A stretch of DNA of 64,000 nt, from IMG/VR virus record IMGVR_UViG_3300047274_000223, one strand, 5' to 3'. Within the stretch, counting starts at the first letter, position 1; every line of letters starts with the position of its first letter. Positions 24,738-32,163 of the stretch are shown one piece after another. This DNA is from a virus. Both the position numbers and the translations under genes were made by a program. The notes under the pieces are model-generated. The model was given only the letters and a program-made list of their open reading frames with translations, did not search any database and was not told where the DNA came from.

Positions 24738-24808
24738 ACTTTCTGACCTGGTGATGTCATTAAACCCACCACATTTCACCCAACACACTAACACACAAAA
24801 CCCCAACT

Positions 24809-24964
24809 ATGTCTAAGCAAGTTCTCATCTCCATGCTCCGTCAGGGTAACACTGGCAGCGAGATTCTGAGCATTCTCGATGTTATTGCCAGCGATGCGAT
24901 TAGCGAGGGAGAGGATAGCACTCAGCCTGCTAATCTGCCCACCCTGGAGTATATCGACTTCTGA
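24809..24964 (+). CDS. Conserved cyanophage small protein
   Basis: MSKQVLISMLRQG.TG.EIL.ILD.I pattern; AC-rich leader. Confidence 0.7.
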   Translation: MSKQVLISMLRQGNTGSEILSILDVIASDAISEGEDSTQPANLPTLEYIDF

Positions 24965-24971
24965 TCAGTTA

Positions 24972-25010
24972 GTTATACAGAGGGGCACACACACCCCTCT
25001 TAAGTATAAC
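24972..25010. other. Long hairpin at the end of the early region
   Basis: GTTATAC-AGAGGGG / CCCCTCT-(TAA)-GTATAAC: 14 bp with a 3-nt bulge. Confidence 0.7.
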
Positions 25011-25180
25011 AAACACAGCCCAGATCCCAGTCGTGGTGCGGGTTTTGGGGTCGGCGGGGCGCCCTTATATATAAAAAAGGGTCCTATCTAATCTATAAAG
25101 TGTTGCTGAGGGCAGCTAAATATATTCCGATGGGTCCCCTTTTGGGTCCCCCTATTTTAAAAATTTTTTTGAGGCTAAAA

Positions 25181-25480
25181 ATGGATCACTGGGTTATTCG
25201 TTACACTGACACTAAAAAAGTTACTCGACTAGTTCCTGTACTTGCTGAGGATGTCCAATCGGCACTGAGGTCATTCACCTGGCATGTCAAGGATGCCGTT
25301 GAGGATTCTATTACAGTACTAACAGTAGAGGAATTCAAAGATTTACGTGAAGCATATGGTTTTGACCGCGATACCCCCTCTGAGGATGAACTGACACCCC
25401 TAGAGAGAAGTATGCTGAGAATCTACAATTCACCTGAATTCCAAGCAAGGCTCGCAAGTGGTGGATATGACGACTACTAA
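25181..25480 (+). CDS. Hypothetical protein
   Basis: ATG after the non-coding block; late-type CTAAATA at 25116. Confidence 0.6.
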   Translation: MDHWVIRYTDTKKVTRLVPVLAEDVQSALRSFTWHVKDAVEDSITVLTVEEFKDLREAYGFDRDTPSEDELTPLERSMLRIYNSPEFQARLASGGYDDY

Positions 25481-25700
25481 GTATTATGTGAGAGTTGCTG
25501 TACCGTTCGATCAGCAGAAACAACCCGCACCAATCTTTCACAATTTTGCAGAGTGGATCGATGAAAAGCAAGGTACACTGAGATGTTGTGATGATGAAGG
25601 TGAATATCTTTCATTTACTACATATAAAGAGGCTGAAGTTTTAGCACAGAAAATTTCAAAGTTTTTTTATATTGTAGAGGTAAAAGAAGATGTCACGTAA
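25458..25700 (+). CDS. Hypothetical protein
   Basis: Overlapping ORF. Confidence 0.55.
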   Translation: MVDMTTTKYYVRVAVPFDQQKQPAPIFHNFAEWIDEKQGTLRCCDDEGEYLSFTTYKEAEVLAQKISKFFYIVEVKEDVT

Positions 25701-25857
25701 GTTTATTATCGAACTACAAGAGACTCCTGAGGGTGATCTGATTTTAGAATTCCCTCAGGAGATTGTAGATGAACTCGGACTTGTCGAAGGGGATATCATG
25801 CGCTATGAGTTAGATGACGATGGCACAGGTTTCCGCATGTACAAGGACAACGTTTGA
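25690..25857 (+). CDS. AbrB/MazE-like (swapped-hairpin) small protein
   Basis: G.L.L.FP.EI...LGL.EGD...Y.L pattern. Confidence 0.65.
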   Translation: MSRKFIIELQETPEGDLILEFPQEIVDELGLVEGDIMRYELDDDGTGFRMYKDNV

Positions 25858-25909
25858 AAAAACCCGCGGCCCGCGCTTTCAGCGCGAAAGATCTTAGAGG
25901 TACTTTAAT

Positions 25910-26230
25910 ATGACTGAGAATCCCAATACAAAACTAAGGGAGTTGCTAGAAAAGCAATCCAATGGTATGGATTTTAAATTTAAGGATAATGAAAAAGCAC
26001 ATGAGATTCTGAATAAGTTCCTTACAGATCTCACCAAGCGGATTGAAGCAGATGAAGAAATCACTGCTAAACGCTTAAGTAATCTTGAGGTCTTTGTAAC
26101 TACAGAACTAGTTGGACCTCAGAGTTTACAATACAAACCTCCTGGTTGTCCTGAGTATTTAAATCTCGCTACCACGTTTGACCTCATTTTCGACAAACTA
26201 AATAGAATTGAGAAGAAACTAGGTCTTTAA
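25910..26230 (+). CDS. Conserved cyanophage hypothetical protein
   Basis: 106-aa ORF (L.YKPPG..EY.NL...FD.IF.KL). Confidence 0.65.
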   Translation: MTENPNTKLRELLEKQSNGMDFKFKDNEKAHEILNKFLTDLTKRIEADEEITAKRLSNLEVFVTTELVGPQSLQYKPPGCPEYLNLATTFDLIFDKLNRIEKKLGL

Positions 26231-26236
26231 TTTATA

Positions 26237-29200
26237 ATGGGTTGCAATAGTAAGAACTGTAATACCTATTCGCCTTTGGGTGATCCAGATACGTATGGTG
26301 TGTATATGGAAAAGGTACAGAAGCCTTATCCAAACACCAAACGTATTAATGCACCTACATGGGATAGAGACCGTGTGATGTATGACTTTGAGGACGTATG
26401 CTCTGCAATTGTTCCTTCAAGTCGTTATTCAACAGATTCAACATATAGCGAAACAACAACTACAGATCCACAGACAGGACAAACATCAACTACCAGTACA
26501 TTAACACCTGGTTATGGTTTTCTTTCAATTAATCGTTGGGGAGAAAACTCTGGTAAGTTAAATGAAGTCATTAGTGGAACTTCCTGGTGGGATCTATACA
26601 AGGATTGTGCAACGATTCCAACTGTTGGCCAGTACAGTGGAGGTGTGCAGAAAGTTAGATATTGGGATAACTATCCATCAGAACTAAGTTTTGAACCAAT
26701 CTTTTCGGATACTTGGTTCTACTATTTGTTTGATACTCGTAACGGTGTGACTGGTACTCCATGTCACACCTATTGCTTTATTGTCACATACTACAACTCA
26801 GAAGGTTCTCAGGGTGGTAGCGGATCCACACAACCTAGAGTTAATTGGGTATACAGTGTAGTTAAGAGACCCTATGAGTGTCCTTGCTATCCAGATGAAA
26901 CGTATATTAAGTATACTCTGGAAGATGGTATGACAAACCCAGCATACAATGAAGATCCATACCCAACATTCTGGGCCGTTGGCACAAGAAGAAATGCAAT
27001 TGCATTTAAATATAATGTTAATGCAGGAAATAGAATTTTAAAGTATCAACCAAAGGAGAGTAGTGAGAAGTATCCTTTGTGGAGAAATAATGCTGCAACT
27101 GGAGAAAGAGTTTGGACCAAATATGGTGTAAAGATGTTTGGTAAGGTTGGAGCATCTAATGCCAAAGAAGATGGATTTGAAACCACCCAGGACGTTACAT
27201 TCTCCAATGGCATGGTTTTGAACATGACATTTACTTGTCATAGAGGAGCATATGGCAATCTTCCTATTGGTGGTAATGCTAACACCTTCGTAAAAATTAA
27301 TTCTGTCGTCTCTGCTCCTTCTGGAGGATGGCCATCAACTAGAACTAAAGTTCCAGTAAGACCACGCACAGCAACGGATAATTCTCTGATCACAAATAAT
27401 ATTATGGGTCATATTTGGATTATCCCCCCTGGTGGTACTGATAATCCTGATGATGGTATTGCTGGTGTGCCAGTTGATTTCATGCTGAATGAGTCTAAGT
27501 ACATTGGTGGTGTTTATGCTGTCAGTGGTGGACCAGGATGGAGTTCTTGGTTCAATCAATATGCTATATGGACTAACAATGTTCAAGAGAACCTAGTTGG
27601 TCGTGAGATGACTATCTCAAATAGAAAGATACCTGTTGCGACTACAGGTACTTACACCTTAGAGATTGGTATTGATAATGCTGGATCAGTAACTCTAGAT
27701 ACCTGGGGAAGAACCGCACAAGAAGATGAAGATGTTTTAGCAGATGCGGATGAAGGCCGAATTATTTCTGTTACTGGAGGATTTACTGGTAGTTTTGTTA
27801 CCACAACATTTAGTGTTGTTAAGACAGGATTTATCAATCTAGTGGTAGACATTGAAAATCAAGGTACAGACATTAACTGGGCAACAAATCCAGGTGGATA
27901 TGCTATTGTCTTAAGAAACCCATCTGGTAACATTGTATGGACTACCAGAGATGCGGTGAATGGTCAGAATGCTGGAGATGCATTCCGAGGTATGAAATTA
28001 TCTGATGCTGGTTGGGTGGATGCTTGGGATGGAAGTACTGGTATTCCATTTAGGTCAACTAAAGGTCAATGCTGGAATGCAAACAATGTAGTTGTATACA
28101 AGGATTATAAGTTTCCTGGTGGATTAAAACTAAGAATGAAGTTACAATCTGAATGGGATGATGATAATGATAGGTATAACACCATTTGGAGAATTCACAA
28201 AATTTTAAAGTATGGTAGCGATTATCAAGATGGTAATGGAGTTGATTTTATTGATCAACAAAAGTTTACGATGTGGTTTCCCGATAAACAAGATCCAAAT
28301 AGAATTTCTCTTTCTCTCCTAATCAGTCAGGTAGATAATCAATCTCAGATTATTCCACAATCGATCAGTAAAATCGGTGAGAACATGTCTGTTAATGGAT
28401 GGTCCATACGAGATGTTCGTCATTCAAATGATGAATTGAATATGCACTTTGCTGAAATTTCTGGTGGAACAACAAACTTTGTAAAGGATGGTGTATATAC
28501 GGTATCTAACGGGGCTTCCATTACAGTCAAAGCAGGAAAGGGAATTACTGATAGAGCAGTTTTGATTGGGTTATATGAATTCAGAAAAAAAGAGATTGAA
28601 TTTGGTGTCGGTGTTCCCACAGAAGGAATTCCTTTCAGTCCAGATATTATCAGACCAAGAGTATCTGCACAAATTGAGAATGGAAGAGTAACTGGAGTAC
28701 AAATCATCGGTAGGGGTAAGGGACTTCAAAATAAAAATATTGAAACACCAAAATTAGTTGTTGAACCACCACCAACATATTTCAACCATGACTTATATAA
28801 CAAATTATTAGAAAAAGGTGTTGGCGTTCAAAAGGCAAAGAATAAATGTAAAGGTACTGGTAAGATTGCTCAACTCAGGCCTACCTTTAGTAAGGGTAGA
28901 CTAGTTAGTGTTGAAGTTCTTGATGGTGGTAGTGGATATTCAACTACAAATCCACCTAATGTTTTTGTACCATATATTGCCAGAACTGATCAAATTGTTG
29001 CTCAAGAAAAACAAGATATGAATGCAGTGGAGTTTTCAAATAAGCAACTATTTGAAAAATCCCCAATATTCCAAAATTTTGCAAAGCAAACTTGGAAGGC
29101 TCCAACGTATGAAATTGATTCTAATGGGAACGCAAAGATAACTGGAAGCAAACAGCAAGCAGGATTCAAATGGTCAGACTATCAAAAATTACAAACTGAT

Positions 29201-30652
29201 GTACACAAAGAAATTACTTTTCCTCTCACCAAACCAGACGTAGCTACTATGACAACTGGAAATAGTAAGTGGCAAACTAAGTTTGAACTCAAAGGTATCG
29301 ATAAGAAATTCGCACAAAGTTTTAAAACTGGAAAATCCACAGATACAAATACTAATGTTAAACAAGTAAAATCAAAGACATCGGATAATTACAAACCAGG
29401 AAAATATGCACAGAATCTTGGTGTTGACGATGAGAAACTAAAACTATCAGATTACAATGTAAAATTGCCATCAGGAAATTTCCCCAAGGTTTCTGGAGTA
29501 TCTAAATTCGACTATATTGGTGCTGATGAAAAATTATCAGCAAAAACTAATAACCCACAATCTAATTCTCAGGTCGATTCTTATGGAAAAAGTATTGGTA
29601 GCGTTAAAGCATCTTCACCCAAAGTACCAAGTAAGAAAGATGGCAATATAGCATATACCAAAGACTTCCTAAAGTTTACTGAGGGTATGGCAAATGGTGG
29701 AAACGTCACTACTCCGCAATGGTCAAAACTAGAATGGTCAAAGACTGCAGGAAAGCAATCAATTCCACAAGATAAAATATTTCCAAAGTACAATAATCCA
29801 AAAATTATTGCGGAGACACTAGCTTCTCAGGAGGCATCTATGGATGCATCCTTTGATGAAATGTGGGAAAGGGATGAATCTACTAATAGAATTGGTTCTT
29901 GGTATAATACTGAGATGAGAGTTGTTAAGCAATCATTCTTCAATCTACCATGCAGATCAAATAAAGAAATTTATCTCATGAGAAGATTTTGTCCAGATCC
30001 TAGACCATGGACTCACATTACACTTCGTCTAGGAGTTATTAAAAATCCTGTCGATCCGGCTGATCCAGATAAAACACATTGCAAGAAATGTCTAGAAGAT
30101 CAACCAGCACTAGTTACTATTAGAAATCAAATTAGAAGTCAATTTAATGACAATTCTTTGGATATTGAAGATGCGTATTGCGTTTCCCTTTATGGATTAC
30201 CTTATTTTGGTTGGTACGGAGGATTAGGTGCTGGAGTTGGTGCTAATGGAACTTCATATGCAGTTCCATTTGGTGAGAATGGATACACTGGGGGTATTTG
30301 GTATACTCAACCAGGAAGTCTTAAAGCACTGACTGGATATCAGAAAGATGATACTAGATTGGAAGATGGATGCAGAAGCTATGAAGTTGGTGGTAGACTC
30401 CAGATTTATCATAGTTTGACCAATGAAACTAACACTTGGGCTGATGCAGTATCATCATATGGCAATCCTTATGATTTTATGTGTGAACGAGAGTATGGTG
30501 ATAGTGGAGAAGAAGATCTATATAGTACAGAAGACGCTACAAATAGCGAAAATTCTGATGCTGGCATAATGCCAGGTAATTATACAACAACTATCAATGG
30601 TCAACAGTATGATACTGGAATATCACAAACAGTTCCAGAGGAGGGATATTAA
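26237..30652 (+). CDS. Large virion structural protein (tail/baseplate-associated)
   Basis: 1471 aa, Gly/Trp/Tyr-rich; beta-sandwich segment (YTLEIGIDNAG) and G.V..V.I...G.GY repeats; immediately upstream of PAAR. Confidence 0.7.
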   Translation: MGCNSKNCNTYSPLGDPDTYGVYMEKVQKPYPNTKRINAPTWDRDRVMYDFEDVCSAIVPSSRYSTDSTYSETTTTDPQTGQTSTTSTLTPGYGFLSINRWGENSGKLNEVISGTSWWDLYKDCATIPTVGQYSGGVQKVRYWDNYPSELSFEPIFSDTWFYYLFDTRNGVTGTPCHTYCFIVTYYNSEGSQGGSGSTQPRVNWVYSVVKRPYECPCYPDETYIKYTLEDGMTNPAYNEDPYPTFWAVGTRRNAIAFKYNVNAGNRILKYQPKESSEKYPLWRNNAATGERVWTKYGVKMFGKVGASNAKEDGFETTQDVTFSNGMVLNMTFTCHRGAYGNLPIGGNANTFVKINSVVSAPSGGWPSTRTKVPVRPRTATDNSLITNNIMGHIWIIPPGGTDNPDDGIAGVPVDFMLNESKYIGGVYAVSGGPGWSSWFNQYAIWTNNVQENLVGREMTISNRKIPVATTGTYTLEIGIDNAGSVTLDTWGRTAQEDEDVLADADEGRIISVTGGFTGSFVTTTFSVVKTGFINLVVDIENQGTDINWATNPGGYAIVLRNPSGNIVWTTRDAVNGQNAGDAFRGMKLSDAGWVDAWDGSTGIPFRSTKGQCWNANNVVVYKDYKFPGGLKLRMKLQSEWDDDNDRYNTIWRIHKILKYGSDYQDGNGVDFIDQQKFTMWFPDKQDPNRISLSLLISQVDNQSQIIPQSISKIGENMSVNGWSIRDVRHSNDELNMHFAEISGGTTNFVKDGVYTVSNGASITVKAGKGITDRAVLIGLYEFRKKEIEFGVGVPTEGIPFSPDIIRPRVSAQIENGRVTGVQIIGRGKGLQNKNIETPKLVVEPPPTYFNHDLYNKLLEKGVGVQKAKNKCKGTGKIAQLRPTFSKGRLVSVEVLDGGSGYSTTNPPNVFVPYIARTDQIVAQEKQDMNAVEFSNKQLFEKSPIFQNFAKQTWKAPTYEIDSNGNAKITGSKQQAGFKWSDYQKLQTDVHKEITFPLTKPDVATMTTGNSKWQTKFELKGIDKKFAQSFKTGKSTDTNTNVKQVKSKTSDNYKPGKYAQNLGVDDEKLKLSDYNVKLPSGNFPKVSGVSKFDYIGADEKLSAKTNNPQSNSQVDSYGKSIGSVKASSPKVPSKKDGNIAYTKDFLKFTEGMANGGNVTTPQWSKLEWSKTAGKQSIPQDKIFPKYNNPKIIAETLASQEASMDASFDEMWERDESTNRIGSWYNTEMRVVKQSFFNLPCRSNKEIYLMRRFCPDPRPWTHITLRLGVIKNPVDPADPDKTHCKKCLEDQPALVTIRNQIRSQFNDNSLDIEDAYCVSLYGLPYFGWYGGLGAGVGANGTSYAVPFGENGYTGGIWYTQPGSLKALTGYQKDDTRLEDGCRSYEVGGRLQIYHSLTNETNTWADAVSSYGNPYDFMCEREYGDSGEEDLYSTEDATNSENSDAGIMPGNYTTTINGQQYDTGISQTVPEEGY

Positions 30653-31207
30653 ATGCCAGCATTAGGGATTAAATCTGCAGTTGGTCTCGCTGCTACTGTT
30701 GCAGGAACGTGTAGTGGTCATGGTGTCTGTATTCCTGCACACATTCACTTTGCTTTACCTCCTTGTGAATTACCATTTACTACTCCAAGTCCAGTTCCAG
30801 TATATCCAGTTGCTACAAAGGACGCTACATGTCTCTGGCCTCCGTTCAATACTATGTTAATGACGGCAACTCCAAGAAATGTACTTATAAATGGTCAAAT
30901 ACCACTTTTAGATCAAGATATATTGACCCTACATCCAGCTTCTTGTAGTAATACAGTGACTAGATTATGTACAAGTGGGGATAGTTGTTCTAGATTGGAC
31001 ACAAAAATGCTTCCTTGTGGGGAGTTAACAACTGAAGATAAGAAAAATGGTGGTTCTGGGCACGAAAGAAAGGTTATTGCATCAGCAAAAACTGTACTTG
31101 TTAATGGAAAACCACTTGCAGTTGTAGGAGATGCACTAGGACCACCGTGTTTATCACTAATTTCGACTGGTTCTATCAATGTAATGGCTGGCACTGGTGG
31201 CGGATAA
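30653..31207 (+). CDS. PAAR-like spike-tip protein (gp5.4-like)
   Basis: CSGHG, NVLINGQIP..DQD, H.R......TVLVNGKPLAVVGD..G..C..I.TGS.NV.AG. Confidence 0.8.
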   Translation: MPALGIKSAVGLAATVAGTCSGHGVCIPAHIHFALPPCELPFTTPSPVPVYPVATKDATCLWPPFNTMLMTATPRNVLINGQIPLLDQDILTLHPASCSNTVTRLCTSGDSCSRLDTKMLPCGELTTEDKKNGGSGHERKVIASAKTVLVNGKPLAVVGDALGPPCLSLISTGSINVMAGTGGG

Positions 31208-31248
31208 CGAAAAAATATGGTATAATATGTTTTTCCATCGGAGAAATT

Positions 31249-31395
31249 ATGGCAAAACCCAAAGGTTCGTTCAATAAATCAAACTACATCCCTGGTCCTC
31301 CTAAAAAATCTCGTCAAGGACTGGGTTTAGGCACTAAATATGCCGCGACAAGTCGTAATAAAGCACGCAAAAAGTATCGCGGGCAAGGAAAATAA
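31249..31395 (+). CDS. Small basic conserved protein
   Basis: 48 aa; PKKSRQG.G..TKYAATSRNKARKKYRGQG; TATAAT at 31221. Confidence 0.75.
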   Translation: MAKPKGSFNKSNYIPGPPKKSRQGLGLGTKYAATSRNKARKKYRGQGK

Positions 31396-31406
31396 TATTT
31401 TTTGGG

Positions 31407-31443
31407 GCGAGATTTGGCATTATAGCTAAATTTCGCTTTTTTT
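31407..31443 (+). terminator. Rho-independent terminator
   Basis: GCGAGATTTGGC/GCTAAATTTCGC 12-bp stem (2 G-U) followed by T7. Confidence 0.8.
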
Positions 31444-31505
31444 GTTAGAAATTCGGGATAGCAACCCCGTAAAAAGTTCTGTTTAACCCTTATTGGAGCA
31501 AACAG

Positions 31506-31706
31506 ATGGCAAAAAACCCAAATCCAGACCGCAATTCGAGCATCATGGAAGAAAATTTTGGTACAGTTTGTTTAATTACAGACATACAAGCTGATAGATA
31601 TCTAAAAATGGCAAGAAAAAAGGTTAGCGAACCACCAACAGATCGTTATTCACGTCCATGCGGAGGAAAAGGTGGGTTTGATGATTATGTGGAAAGGTGG
31701 CATTAA
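31506..31706 (+). CDS. Conserved cyanophage hypothetical protein
   Basis: 66-aa ORF upstream of gp25 (LITD...YL..A...GGFDDY.ERW). Confidence 0.7.
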   Translation: MAKNPNPDRNSSIMEENFGTVCLITDIQADRYLKMARKKVSEPPTDRYSRPCGGKGGFDDYVERWH

Positions 31707-31709
31707 GCA

Positions 31710-31717
31710 TATAAATA
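31710..31717 (+). promoter_or_regulatory. T4-type late promoter
   Basis: Exact TATAAATA 20 bp upstream of gp25. Confidence 0.85.
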
Positions 31718-31737
31718 CTTAAAACCGTTAATCAATA

Positions 31738-32163
31738 ATGGACTCTCAAGATATCGATGGGTTGTTTAGTAGGGTTCCTAGATCTTTTTATGATCTAGGA
31801 ACCTCTTTTGCGAGAAATCCTGTCACTGGTGATGCCTTGAGAGTTAGAGATGAAGCTGCAGTACTGCAAGCAATGAAAAATTTAGTTATGACTAAATTTG
31901 GTGAAAGGCTTATGGACCCAAGTATCGGGTCAGATGTGTATGGAATGCTGTTCGAACCATTAGATGCATTCTCATCTATGGAACTACAAGATAAGATACT
32001 AAATACTATCAGAAATTTTGAACCTAGAGTAGAAGTATTAGACGTTACTGTGAGTGCTGCTGAAACATCAGATGATATAGTTTCTGTAGACATTACCTTC
32101 AGAATTATTGGTGAACCTAATATTATAAACCAACAATTCATCCTAGAGAGACCTTCAAGTTAA
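31738..32163 (+). CDS. gp25: Baseplate wedge subunit gp25
   Basis: DL..SF.RNP.TGD....DE.AV..A.KNLV.T..GER..P..GS...LFEP...I..FEPRV. Confidence 0.92.
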   Translation: MDSQDIDGLFSRVPRSFYDLGTSFARNPVTGDALRVRDEAAVLQAMKNLVMTKFGERLMDPSIGSDVYGMLFEPLDAFSSMELQDKILNTIRNFEPRVEVLDVTVSAAETSDDIVSVDITFRIIGEPNIINQQFILERPSS

